DNA of 64,000 nucleotides, taken from positions 124,001 through 188,000 of IMG/VR virus record IMGVR_UViG_3300017987_000001; one strand, given 5' to 3'. The translations under genes and the position numbers were made by a program. The notes beneath the pieces are model-generated. The model had not been told where the DNA came from and searched no databases. It saw nothing but the letters and a program-made list of their open reading frames with translations. Positions 27,074 through 36,895 of this stretch are shown piece by piece (the first letter of the stretch is position 1; every line of letters begins with the position of its first letter).

Positions 27074-28116
27074 TATGATGGCCTCGATGGTCCGGGTCGG
27101 AGGGTGCGAGCAATCGGAGGCGGCTGCGTGCGCTGCCTCTTGGGGCTTGGCTTCAATGCACGCTGAGGCGTGGGCGGCTGGATACGCTTGCGCGGCGTCA
27201 CCGCCTTCGAGACCCCCACAGGGGTCGGATGCTTCGGAAGCGGCGGGATCTCGCGCATCTTCGGTGCGGGTACGAGCATGTCGAAGCCCATAACCTTCGT
27301 CGTCTGCACGTGTCCCAGCCCCCAGCGTCGCCGATCGTTGGTATACGGCATCCACAGCTCGGGGTTGTATTCCGGCCCCCACGGTGGATCCTGCGGGAGC
27401 CGCTTGTGATTCACATACGACGACTTATGCCACAGATGGTAGCAGCTGCCCGTCGCTACGATCTTGCCCTTCAGCTTGATCACCTGAGAGCACAGCCGAT
27501 GGTCCTTGTGGATTTTCGCCCAGCGGATCGTCTCATCGTAACCGAGCAACGCCTTCCAGTAGGATACGAGCGCCATCTGGAAGTCCCCCGCGCCCTGCGT
27601 GTACGCAGGAGGCACCGACTTCCAGTTCTTCACGACGATGTCCGGACTGGTCAGCTCCTCCGCGCGCTCGTAGACACGGTCGGACTTGATATCGGTCCGA
27701 TGCACTGTGCGATAGAGCGTGCGAGGCTGGCAGCCCTGCCATCCGGCAAGCAATTCCACGGTATCGGGGCCGAAGAGAATATCAGCGTTCGTGCACAGCG
27801 CAACCTTCGCAGTGCTGCGCCTGAGCGCGACGTTCTTGGCGAAGAACTCCATGATGACCATCTTCGGATTGTCGCACACCATCGAGTGCCACTCGGGGCC
27901 AACGACGTACGCCTTGGAGTTCGGAACCTCGTTGATGTAGCGATGAGCCAGCGTGCCGAGCTTGTCGTGCGGCGAGTTCCACTCGACGAACGTGAACTGG
28001 AAGTCCACGTCCGCCTCAGCGAGTGCTCGCGCATTGAACTGTGAGGCATAGATCAACCGACCGCCGAAGTCACCGGTGTGGTTGTCCGCCCGCCCGACAA
28101 CGATGATCTCAAGCAT
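27073..28116 (-). CDS. Putative GT2-like glycosyltransferase with basic Pro-rich tail
   Basis: IIVVGR.DN, FVEWN, CTNADILF, AGDFQM, HLWH. Confidence 0.6.
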   Translation of the reverse strand: MLEIIVVGRADNHTGDFGGRLIYASQFNARALAEADVDFQFTFVEWNSPHDKLGTLAHRYINEVPNSKAYVVGPEWHSMVCDNPKMVIMEFFAKNVALRRSTAKVALCTNADILFGPDTVELLAGWQGCQPRTLYRTVHRTDIKSDRVYERAEELTSPDIVVKNWKSVPPAYTQGAGDFQMALVSYWKALLGYDETIRWAKIHKDHRLCSQVIKLKGKIVATGSCYHLWHKSSYVNHKRLPQDPPWGPEYNPELWMPYTNDRRRWGLGHVQTTKVMGFDMLVPAPKMREIPPLPKHPTPVGVSKAVTPRKRIQPPTPQRALKPSPKRQRTQPPPIARTLRPGPSRPS

Positions 28117-28780
28117 CTTTGTTCAGTACCAGTTCCAGCCACTCCATCTCCGCTTCGGGGAGCGGCATCTGCGTGCCACGGCGCTTCACGAGTGTGATAC
28201 CGGGGATGCTACGCTTCGGCACGTACTTCATCTTCGGCTGATTCCACTGCGTCCCAAACGGATAACGATCAAAGCCCATCACGTCAAACTGATCCGTCGA
28301 GCGAATCTCCTCGACAAGCTTACGTACGCCTGCCATCTGCGTGCTGTCGTGCATGATCCAGAAGTCGGTCAGCTTCTGCGCTCCCAGCCAGTCAGCCTTC
28401 GAGCCTTCGTAGGAGTGATCGCCGTCGATGAAGCACAGTCCGAAGCGGTGGCCATCCTCCGTAAGCTCCTGCAATGCATTCTGACTGTAGTCATTCATGA
28501 TGTGAAGAAACTTCTCCGGGGCGTGCTGAACTTCCCAATTCTTCTTTATGTAGGGAATACACGCCGGATTCTTCTCGATCGTGACGATGTGCACGTTCTT
28601 CGTCGTGTTGGTCGCCGATGCGCCCTTCCAGAGCGACAGCGTGCCCAGCCCCATATTCGCACCGATCTCAAGGATGCGCTTCGGCCGCAGGAGTGCTGCG
28701 ATGCCGTAGAGGAAGTAGTACTCCTCGATGAGGCACGACTCCGAGAACGTCAGTCCTTCACACTTAATGGCTTGCAGCAT
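28109..28780 (-). CDS. Class I SAM-dependent methyltransferase (Methyltransf_24-like)
   Basis: ILEIGANMG, FIDGDHSYEG, IMHD. Confidence 0.85.
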   Translation of the reverse strand: MLQAIKCEGLTFSESCLIEEYYFLYGIAALLRPKRILEIGANMGLGTLSLWKGASATNTTKNVHIVTIEKNPACIPYIKKNWEVQHAPEKFLHIMNDYSQNALQELTEDGHRFGLCFIDGDHSYEGSKADWLGAQKLTDFWIMHDSTQMAGVRKLVEEIRSTDQFDVMGFDRYPFGTQWNQPKMKYVPKRSIPGITLVKRRGTQMPLPEAEMEWLELVLNKDA

Positions 28781-30062
28781 GTGTACGCTCCTTCAGCAGG
28801 CTGTCGACCTCGTCCCAGAAGTGTTGGTACAGCCAGTGATCGCACCGTTGATTGAACCACTGGAGCCCGCGCAGCGCTATCGGCTTGTACTTGTCGAACC
28901 GGCGCACGAGTTCGGTGAGCTGCGGTATCAGTCGCTCCTTGACCGGACGAGCGAGCTGCACGTAGTTGTTGTCGGGTTTCAGCCCAACGAGCTTACACTC
29001 AGGCACCGTGGGAGCCACCATCAGTGAGCATGCACTCGGGATCTCCGAGTACTTGTTCACGAGGTAACCGAACTTGTCCTGCCCGAACACACAGATCTTC
29101 GCTTGCGACAGATGCTTCGACCACAGCAGGAGGGGTGGAGCAGCGTACTTCGATGCGCTGATGTTCTCCTTCCCCACCTTGGGCGCTGGCGTGCCCCACA
29201 GCTTCAGCTTGAACGGTACCTTCGTATTGCGCAGCAGGTTCCAGATTGCCGTGCGCTCGGGGTACACCGGCCCAGCCACGCCGATCACCATCACGTCGTA
29301 CGGTCGCTTCTTGAACGTCGTATTCTGGTTCGCCCAGAACGGATCGGCGAGGAACGGCGTGAAGATGACCCTCGTCTGCTTGGCGATGCTGAACGCGCCG
29401 TTCCAGATCGATGGATAGGGCGTGAGCACGGCCGCAGGCTTCTTGTCGAAGAGCTGCTGCGCGCGCTTCTGGATCGCAGGCGGATGATGATCGTGACAGT
29501 ACAGGAAGATCGGCGGGTTGCCCTTCTGCGTAAGCAGTGGCGTCTGTCCGTGCACCGTCATGATGATGAAGTCGTAGTCCTTCAGATTGTAGCGGTCGAT
29601 GTCGCCGAACCCGCAGAAGGTCGTCTGGTACGGACTCATCCGCTTGCGCCAGAGCATGAGACCGGTCTTCGGACCGTGACGCACGAGCAGATGCGGCGCT
29701 CCGGCCACGAACAGACACTTGCGCCCGGGCAGGTCGGCGTGCTTCCCCAGTGCGAAATTGTAGTTGCGACGGAGATGCAGCCACTCGGGCTTCAGTACGT
29801 TCGCACACTGCTGCTGCATCTGTGCCTTGTGCGCCGGGTGCCCGCATGAATGCGGCTTCCACTGATTCCTCCCCGAGATGCGTGACTGCCACTCCATGAG
29901 CGTACACAGCTCGCAGTTGGTGATCTCGCGCGGTCCGCCGTAGGTCTCCATATGCTCGCGCGTGATAGTGCATAGCGCGAGATCGTTCCCCCATGCGACC
30001 GTGGAGAACTCCTCGCGCTGGAACCACGCCTTGCGAGCAAGCTGAAAGACCCGGGACGCCAT
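28764..30062 (-). CDS. Putative GT-B glycosyltransferase (CgeB-like C-terminal domain)
   Basis: YDVMVIG...YPER, LSQAKICV, KYSEIPSACSLMV; cluster context. Confidence 0.6.
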   Translation of the reverse strand: MASRVFQLARKAWFQREEFSTVAWGNDLALCTITREHMETYGGPREITNCELCTLMEWQSRISGRNQWKPHSCGHPAHKAQMQQQCANVLKPEWLHLRRNYNFALGKHADLPGRKCLFVAGAPHLLVRHGPKTGLMLWRKRMSPYQTTFCGFGDIDRYNLKDYDFIIMTVHGQTPLLTQKGNPPIFLYCHDHHPPAIQKRAQQLFDKKPAAVLTPYPSIWNGAFSIAKQTRVIFTPFLADPFWANQNTTFKKRPYDVMVIGVAGPVYPERTAIWNLLRNTKVPFKLKLWGTPAPKVGKENISASKYAAPPLLLWSKHLSQAKICVFGQDKFGYLVNKYSEIPSACSLMVAPTVPECKLVGLKPDNNYVQLARPVKERLIPQLTELVRRFDKYKPIALRGLQWFNQRCDHWLYQHFWDEVDSLLKERTHAASH

Positions 30063-30991
30063 CAGTCAATCCTCCACGGGTTGTGAATGACGATGTTCTT
30101 GGCAATCTGACCCACTTCGAGCACGCCTTGGTTCAGATCGACGAGCGACTTGAATCCGGTGTCCGTGAACTTCGAGTAGTCAACCGCATAGTTGCGGCAG
30201 TCAGCGTCCTTGCCGATCGACGCCTCGTGAATGTACATCGGGAAGAGCTTGTCGATAGCATTCGCAGCTTCACGCTTCGTGAGGTTGAGATGATCCGCTC
30301 CCACGTTGAAGATGTGCCCGCCTACGCTATCGAACTTGTTGATGGCGTGGAGGTAGCTATCCGCAGCGTCACGAACGTGGAGGAACGTGCGCCTGTGGCC
30401 GCCCTCGTAGATCACGAGATAGCGCTTGCGCACGGCGTGGAACACGAAGTTGTTGATCAGCAGGTCGAAGCGCATGCACGGGCTACCGCCGAAGATGGTA
30501 GCGAAGCGAAGGCATGCAGCACCCGCGTCCTGACAGATCTTCTCCGCCTCGGCCTTCGTATGCCCATAGTGGCTGAGCGGGCTGATCGGCGTCGTTTCGT
30601 CACACACGCCATCCACCATGCCGTACGTGCTACCGGTGGAGGCATACACGAAGACCTGATTCTTCGACACGTGCTTGGCCACGTTGCGGCTGCCAACTAC
30701 GTTGGTCTCAGTAGCAAGCTGCGGGTCAGCGGCGCACGCCGGGAAGCCCACAATCGCGGCGAGATGAAGCACGACATCGTTCTGACTGACGAGCTTGCCT
30801 ACCAGCTCCTCGTCACGGACGTCGCCCTTCACGCAGTCGAACACGCGACTGATGGTCGCATGCCCCAGCAGCGAGTGGAATCCATAGTCTAGCTTGTCGA
30901 GTACGGTGACGCGATGTCCCGCATCGAGAAGACGCCCGCAGAGCACTGATCCGACATAGCCTGCTCCACCCGTAACGAGAACGTTAGCCAT
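30062..30991 (-). CDS. NAD-dependent nucleotide-sugar epimerase/dehydratase
   Basis: TGGAGYVG, HLAAIVG, ASTGSTYG, YGHTK. Confidence 0.9.
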   Translation of the reverse strand: MANVLVTGGAGYVGSVLCGRLLDAGHRVTVLDKLDYGFHSLLGHATISRVFDCVKGDVRDEELVGKLVSQNDVVLHLAAIVGFPACAADPQLATETNVVGSRNVAKHVSKNQVFVYASTGSTYGMVDGVCDETTPISPLSHYGHTKAEAEKICQDAGAACLRFATIFGGSPCMRFDLLINNFVFHAVRKRYLVIYEGGHRRTFLHVRDAADSYLHAINKFDSVGGHIFNVGADHLNLTKREAANAIDKLFPMYIHEASIGKDADCRNYAVDYSKFTDTGFKSLVDLNQGVLEVGQIAKNIVIHNPWRID

Positions 30992-32297
30992 TGGTATGCA
31001 ATCCGTTTCTGTAAAGGTCGACTACACGCTTGCCAGAGAGCTTGTAGTCGAGCACCTTCGCGAAGACCTCGGGCTGCAGCCGCATGTTGACGATGATCGC
31101 ATCCGAGGTCTCAAGTAGATCATCGACATTCGCCGTAAGATTGTGCATCAGTTCCGCAGCTTCTGCATCGCCACGAACCATAAGATCGAGCGTGACGTCG
31201 TCGGTGTCCGAGAAGATCGGATCCCAGAAATGGATCCCCACGTCATCGCCCTCGGCAAGCGCGAAGAACTCCACAGCGAGCGAGTGCCGAGCGTCGGGGT
31301 ATCCGGGGCGATAACCCATGCCGATCATGCCGAGCGTGTTAACGTCATCGTGATCGGCAGCTTCCCGGTAGATGCGCTGGATGCGGTCGCGGTTGTGGAG
31401 ATTCGCCAGTGCGAGCGTCGGGCACCGATGCGAGATGAGGTTCTCCAGCAAGATGCCGCGCAGGATGGCGCTGTCCTTCGGCAAGCACGTGCCACTGAAC
31501 GGAGGACCGGCCTTCATGTGGGAGAGTGTGAGCAGTCGTCCGGCGCTGCTCTCGCAGAATGTCAGATGCGTGACGATCGTGGGGTCGACGCCGAAGTGGT
31601 CGCACAGATCACCCAGTTCGTTGGCGAAGTTGATCTTGAGACACATGTACGTGTTGTGCATCAGCTTGACGAACTCGGCCTCTTCGTAGCTACAACGACT
31701 CTGCTCCGTCTCATTCCATGTCACCGAGCGAATGAACTTGTCGAGCTTGTCGTTCGGCCTGCCGATCTCGCGCTGCCACGACTTCAGCGGTCCCATACCG
31801 AGCACGATCTTGGGCGGATGCAGGAAGTCGGTCACGCCAGCGCCCGCGCGCAGGAACACGGGCTGATACACGAACTGTGCCTCGCAGTCCTTGAGCGCGG
31901 GAAGCACGTGCTTCGCAATCGTGCCCGGAAAGACCGTCGAGCCGAGGATGAGGATCTGCCCCTTCTTCAGGATGGGCGCCAGATCCTTCAGGAGGCCCGT
32001 CAGAGCGCTGAAATCACAGACCTCGTACTCTGACCCCTCGGGAACGATTGAGGGCGTCTGAACGGCTATGAAGATGATCTCCGCATCAGCGACGTACGCG
32101 AGATCATTGGTGATGTAGGCGCGCTTGTAGTCGATGCCATTCCAGCAGCTTTCCTCGCCCTCGAACAGCTTCCCGCTCTCCCACGCTTCGAGCTTCGTGC
32201 GGTCCTTATCGATGACGATCAGGTCATGCCCTGCGAGCAGCGCTGCACCGCCCCAGCTGATTCCCATGTTGCCCGCACCGATGAGTGCTACCTGCAT
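30984..32297 (-). CDS. UDP-glucose/GDP-mannose dehydrogenase-family protein
   Basis: Start MQVALIGAGNMG; AVQTPS, STVFPGT, KLMHN..KINFANE, catalytic GTCLPKD. Confidence 0.88.
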   Translation of the reverse strand: MQVALIGAGNMGISWGGAALLAGHDLIVIDKDRTKLEAWESGKLFEGEESCWNGIDYKRAYITNDLAYVADAEIIFIAVQTPSIVPEGSEYEVCDFSALTGLLKDLAPILKKGQILILGSTVFPGTIAKHVLPALKDCEAQFVYQPVFLRAGAGVTDFLHPPKIVLGMGPLKSWQREIGRPNDKLDKFIRSVTWNETEQSRCSYEEAEFVKLMHNTYMCLKINFANELGDLCDHFGVDPTIVTHLTFCESSAGRLLTLSHMKAGPPFSGTCLPKDSAILRGILLENLISHRCPTLALANLHNRDRIQRIYREAADHDDVNTLGMIGMGYRPGYPDARHSLAVEFFALAEGDDVGIHFWDPIFSDTDDVTLDLMVRGDAEAAELMHNLTANVDDLLETSDAIIVNMRLQPEVFAKVLDYKLSGKRVVDLYRNGLHTNG

Positions 32298-32298
32298 G

Positions 32299-32985
32299 CT
32301 ATCTCCTCGCGATCTTGAATGGCTTGCGCTTGCCCTGCAGTACCATGCGCAGGCTCTGCTTGTAGCCGAGATGGGTGGACATATCGAGTACGCCAAGCCA
32401 CGGCCTCGGCTTCATCTTCAGGAACTTCTGATCGTAGTACCAGTCGGACATCGACTTCTGGTCCACGCGCCCGGTGACCTTCGGGATGCCGAACTTCTCA
32501 GCGAAGTCACGTCGAACAACCCAGCACGGGCCGTTCGACGTGTTCTTCAACCGCACCTCATAGTCTCCGATCTGAACGGTGGAGCGCGTGGGGTGCTTGC
32601 GCTCCTGCAGTCGATCGGTATGCATCGCTGCAGCTACCACATCCTCGCGCTCGTCGAGCACGAGCTTGCCCGCCTTCAGCCACTCGGGCTTGAGAATCAT
32701 GTCGTCATCAACCCACGACACGTACTTCGCGTCGCTCGCTTCTACCTGCTTCCACATCTGGCGCAGCGCGTACGACTTCTGCCACTGCGGAACGTTGCGC
32801 TGATTCTTGATGATCTGTTGCACGCGTCCAACAGTCTTCAGCCACTTGTACGTGCCGTCGATCGAGCCGTTGTCGATGACGAGCAGGTGGGCATCTCCGA
32901 TGTCGGATGCGAGCAGCGACTCCACGCACTGCTTCAGGAAGTCGAGTCGATCACGCGTGATCACCGTGATGATTGTGTCGGGCAT
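32299..32985 (-). CDS. Glycosyltransferase family 2
   Basis: LKQCVESL, IDNGSIDGT, WVDDD. Confidence 0.88.
   Translation of the reverse strand: MPDTIITVITRDRLDFLKQCVESLLASDIGDAHLLVIDNGSIDGTYKWLKTVGRVQQIIKNQRNVPQWQKSYALRQMWKQVEASDAKYVSWVDDDMILKPEWLKAGKLVLDEREDVVAAAMHTDRLQERKHPTRSTVQIGDYEVRLKNTSNGPCWVVRRDFAEKFGIPKVTGRVDQKSMSDWYYDQKFLKMKPRPWLGVLDMSTHLGYKQSLRMVLQGKRKPFKIARR
32814..32835. promoter_or_regulatory. 22 bp palindrome copy 3, degenerate (TCTGTTGCACGCGTCCAACAGT)
   Basis: Core match with compensatory CTG/CAG flanks; intragenic. Confidence 0.5.
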
Positions 32986-33866
32986 CAGAGTCGATCCTTT
33001 TTGTAAACGCTGTAGAGCAGCTTAACGATGGTCCCCGTGATCTGTGCAGGCGGGAGCACCACGCCCTTCTTGTGCAGGATCACTTCCACGGGCGTAGCGA
33101 ACGGATTCCAGTCCTTCTCGTACCGAACTTTGTTGCCGCCGCCGATCAGGCTCTGGAAGCGGCTCGTCGCCCACACGACGTGAGGCACGCGGCAGAGCGA
33201 CGCCAGATGCATCGGACCGCTCGACGGGCCGATCACGAGCTGCGAGCTGGCAATGAGGTTCACCAACTCGTTCAGTGGCATGCCGCGCTTGTCCGTCACG
33301 CCTATGGGCAGGAGTGAAGCGTGCTTGGTACCGATCGCCACAATCTCTTCACGCTTTGCGATCTTCTTCGTGACGATCTGCTCGATCAGTCGGTCCCACA
33401 TCTTCTGCGGATAGTTATCCCCGGCGAATGGAGCAGCGCATCGACGATTGCGCGCGTGAATGACGACCTTCCACGGTGTCGGGATCAGGCCGCCATATGG
33501 CACGAATGACTGATCGCGGAGCTTTCGTCGAGGAGGACGGCGTACCCAGCTCTCCAGCCTAATCACTTCGTATCCGAGCTTCTGGTACTTGTGCTCGTAG
33601 GCGCTCAGCTCGCCACGAACGCGCGCGACCTCGGCGGGGTTGTCGACCTTGCCCTTACGTGGACGGTGCCCGTCACGATCGCAGAGGATGACATGGGGAA
33701 TGAAGGTGTGACTGAAGTCACGGTAGAGCGGCCAGAGCCCTTCCGTGCTGCAGATGATTACGTTTCGGGGATCAATACCCTGAGCCTGCTTGCGTACGAA
33801 GCCCTGCCACTCCATCAACTCCCAGCCGAACTCCGATACGCACGGTCCAGCGATAAGCGCCTTCAT
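32985..33866 (-). CDS. GT9 (heptosyltransferase)-like glycosyltransferase
   Basis: IGPSSGPMHLASLCRVPHVV resembles the GT9 DSGPMHLA motif. Confidence 0.7.
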   Translation of the reverse strand: MKALIAGPCVSEFGWELMEWQGFVRKQAQGIDPRNVIICSTEGLWPLYRDFSHTFIPHVILCDRDGHRPRKGKVDNPAEVARVRGELSAYEHKYQKLGYEVIRLESWVRRPPRRKLRDQSFVPYGGLIPTPWKVVIHARNRRCAAPFAGDNYPQKMWDRLIEQIVTKKIAKREEIVAIGTKHASLLPIGVTDKRGMPLNELVNLIASSQLVIGPSSGPMHLASLCRVPHVVWATSRFQSLIGGGNKVRYEKDWNPFATPVEVILHKKGVVLPPAQITGTIVKLLYSVYKKDRL

Positions 33867-33902
33867 TGCCCTGCGGTCCCTCCTCGATTAGGGACGGCGG
33901 CG

Positions 33903-36677
33903 TCAGCCAGTCTGTGCGCCGGTCATCTGTTGTAGTGCTTGGAACCCTCCCTCAAGCTTCGCCTGATCCCTTGTCTCGTCCATCTTCTGGATAACGAGCG
34001 CGTGAAGCGTCTGATCGGACTTCTTGAGGTCCGTGAGCTGCGACTTGCGGATCTCGTACGGCATACCAAGCATCTGCATCGCAATCTGCTCAGCCTGCGA
34101 TTGCATATCGTCGGGTGTCGTTCCACCCGCCGGAGAGGGCTGTCCAGCAGGAGCAGCGCCTGCGGGAGCGCCACCAGCAGGAGCGGGCTGACCGGGCATC
34201 TGCGGCTGGTCTGCGGCAGCGAAGATCTGCTCGAACTCCTGCTGCTTCGCCTGATCCTCCTGAAACTTCTTGCTCTCGTCGGCGAACTGCTTCTCTTCCT
34301 CGAACATCCGCCGTATTTCCTCGCGCCAGTCGATTCCATACGGTGCGAAGGCAGTCTGCTTCGAGATCTGCTGCGAGGCGGCGAGCTGAAGCTGGATCTG
34401 CTTCTTCTCGATGTCCTCGGCGAGCGTCGTCGGCTGGAGGCGTCCGCTGATCTTCTCCCAGTTCATCAGGTCGGTAATCGCCTCGAAGAACCAGTTGACC
34501 CACCCGTTCATGGCGGAGACGAAATGCGTCCACGTGCGCTCAAACAGACGCAGCGCCATCGGAGCTGCCTGCACCTGCAGCGTGCCACGGTACATCTCAG
34601 CCGGAACGCCCATAGCATTGAGGAACTCGTCCATGCCTGCATTGATGAGGTCAACGGGAGCGAGATCCTGCCCCTCGCCACCAAGAGCGCGGTAGTCGAT
34701 GGGGAACGGGAGTGCATTCCACTGAGTCGGATCCTTGCGATGCTTGCGAATCATGCCCATCACGCGGCCCATGAACGAACCAGCATTGACGTGATACAGC
34801 GGGTCGACCTCGCCAGTGCCCGAGCCCTTGCCCGGCGTGATGATGCGGAATGGAATGATGTAGTCGAGACCGATGGCCTCGTTGTAGCGCTTGAGCACCT
34901 GCACGTACCACGCCTGCTTGAAGTTGGCGAGGATGCGCGGAATGCCCCATCCGGCATTACGCAAACCGGCGACGCACTCCTCTTTGAAGTGGTAGATGAT
35001 GCCCTTGTTGAACTGGAACCACTTGTCGGTGCGCAAGCACTCGACTATTTCCCACGGCGTCGACTCAAGGTAGAACGGGTTGCCCTTGCGGACCTCTCGC
35101 TTGATGTCCGAAGGCGGGATCCAATAGTACGCAGTCTCGTGAGAAATTGGGTGGTGCTGGAGACGGACCTCGTGGGGCGACCATCGAATGATTCGTGGCT
35201 TATCCTCTTCCACGGAACGGCGATCGACACGTTCGAATACTCCCGTCCACCCACACTGTGGACACGTCGCGTTGAACTGCCAGTTCTCAAAGGAGTATTC
35301 CATCCGACCGAGCGTGCGTTCGTGGAAACACTTACGACAGCGAAGATATCGGCGGAATGGAATGTGTACGGAAGTGAATGAATTACCGTAGCACTGCTTC
35401 GTCAGAATGCCGTTATCGATAACGAACGTATGCGTCTCCATCTCGACACAGCAGAATACCTCGTCAACAATACCTGTTCCGCGTACTTCCTTGACTCCGA
35501 TATACTGACCATAGTTCGTGGGCTTGTAGTTCTCCTCGAACTTGGCTCTATGCGCTGGGATCAGGAAGTCTTGCGGCAACATCGACTGCTTAAGCAACGT
35601 GACGTAATAAATGTCACTGTCGTATACGTCGACGTGTCCGTCATCACGAACAAACTCCGCCGTACGCCGCTGACTTCGGACAGGACCAGCGGACATACCG
35701 ATACGAGGAAGCTGTCGAACAATTGCCTCCAACGTAGCGGAGGATGCCTGCGTCAGCATCGCACAACCGTGCGTGTCCACAGTACCATCAGCAGACAGGA
35801 AGCCGCATACGAAGCCGTACCAATACTCCGCACTCATGTCATTCGACGGGAGCGCCTTGTAGTGCGGCGGCAGACCAAACATCTCGACTTTTCCAGAGTC
35901 CGGCGTGTAGTCGTCTACATCCCAGTACGCCAGCATGACCGCGTCCTTCTCCCCGAAGAACGTAGCCTTTGCCTGCTTGCCCTTGTTGTACAGTGAGCCG
36001 TCACCAAACGTGAAGCCGTGGCGAACGCCTTCCTTGAAGTCATCACCCCGCTCGGGGCGAGGAGCTACGACTCTGGGGATCCTGTATCCCTTCCGCAGTT
36101 CAGCTGTAGAAACTTCAACCTCTTTGTCAGAGCAGTTCTTGGCGATCCACCGATGCTCGGGCGTAGCCAGCACGGTGCGGCCGTCGCTAAACTCAACTTC
36201 GAGAAGTTCTTGATGACCAAAGGACTTGAACTCTGCGGGGCGATACACGCCATCTTTCGATAGCACGTCAACAGTCTTACCCACAAGCTCGCGAAGCTTG
36301 AAGACGCCACCGCGCGTGACCGCTTCAGTGTCGCCGTGGAAACACATGTAATCGTCGCCAATAGTAGCGAGCACGTCGAGGATCTTGATCTGCTTATTTA
36401 GGAAGTCTTCGTACTTCTCCTTCTCGTCATCCGATGCATCCTGCAGTTCGATCTTCGTCAGGAAGTAGCGAACGACACGCTGCGCAGCCATGCGAAACGT
36501 GCCGTTGGTTACCCACAGATACTCACACCAGCGCATGACGTCGTAGAGCGAGCGCGGCATCTGTGTGGATGCGTAGTCAAAGAACGGGTCGGGGAATGCT
36601 TGAGAATACCGGTTCGCCGTACTGTTGGCTGAACCGACACCGGTCGTTGGGAACATCGGGAAGACAGCTTCGGCCAT
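33903..36677 (-). CDS. Portal-like protein with a LAGLIDADG intein
   Basis: Spliced junction reads DDYM-CYGNSF (portal-type GN[AS]F). Position heads the structural module. Acidic/Gln-rich C-terminus. Confidence 0.7.
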   Translation of the reverse strand: MAEAVFPMFPTTGVGSANSTANRYSQAFPDPFFDYASTQMPRSLYDVMRWCEYLWVTNGTFRMAAQRVVRYFLTKIELQDASDDEKEKYEDFLNKQIKILDVLATIGDDYMCFHGDTEAVTRGGVFKLRELVGKTVDVLSKDGVYRPAEFKSFGHQELLEVEFSDGRTVLATPEHRWIAKNCSDKEVEVSTAELRKGYRIPRVVAPRPERGDDFKEGVRHGFTFGDGSLYNKGKQAKATFFGEKDAVMLAYWDVDDYTPDSGKVEMFGLPPHYKALPSNDMSAEYWYGFVCGFLSADGTVDTHGCAMLTQASSATLEAIVRQLPRIGMSAGPVRSQRRTAEFVRDDGHVDVYDSDIYYVTLLKQSMLPQDFLIPAHRAKFEENYKPTNYGQYIGVKEVRGTGIVDEVFCCVEMETHTFVIDNGILTKQCYGNSFTSVHIPFRRYLRCRKCFHERTLGRMEYSFENWQFNATCPQCGWTGVFERVDRRSVEEDKPRIIRWSPHEVRLQHHPISHETAYYWIPPSDIKREVRKGNPFYLESTPWEIVECLRTDKWFQFNKGIIYHFKEECVAGLRNAGWGIPRILANFKQAWYVQVLKRYNEAIGLDYIIPFRIITPGKGSGTGEVDPLYHVNAGSFMGRVMGMIRKHRKDPTQWNALPFPIDYRALGGEGQDLAPVDLINAGMDEFLNAMGVPAEMYRGTLQVQAAPMALRLFERTWTHFVSAMNGWVNWFFEAITDLMNWEKISGRLQPTTLAEDIEKKQIQLQLAASQQISKQTAFAPYGIDWREEIRRMFEEEKQFADESKKFQEDQAKQQEFEQIFAAADQPQMPGQPAPAGGAPAGAAPAGQPSPAGGTTPDDMQSQAEQIAMQMLGMPYEIRKSQLTDLKKSDQTLHALVIQKMDETRDQAKLEGGFQALQQMTGAQTG
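35394..36344 (-). mobile_element. Intein (317 aa, C112-Q428) with homing endonuclease
   Basis: N-terminal block CFHGDT; block B ATPEHRW; LAGLIDADG-like GFTFGDG and GFLSADG; ends HTFVIDNGILTKQ before Cys+1. Confidence 0.92.
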
Positions 36678-36685
36678 GCCGACCT

Positions 36686-36895
36686 CTACTTCTGTTCGTG
36701 TGCATCTTTCAGGTGAAGCGGTACGGCCTTGAGTGGAACGGTGTCAGCTTCGGATGCGCGCTTGTCCATCTCCTGCTGCGCCTCACGCGCATGACGCAGG
36801 CAGAGCACCTTGTCATCCATGATCGTGTACGAAGGAGCCTGACAGTAGTCGCAGCGCGTCGAGCCGATCACGACCTTGTTTGCTTTATCCATCAT
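36686..36895 (-). CDS. Small Cys/His protein (69 aa)
   Basis: CDYC...CLRH; start at MMDKAN overlapping the upstream stop. Confidence 0.6.
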   Translation of the reverse strand: MMDKANKVVIGSTRCDYCQAPSYTIMDDKVLCLRHAREAQQEMDKRASEADTVPLKAVPLHLKDAHEQK

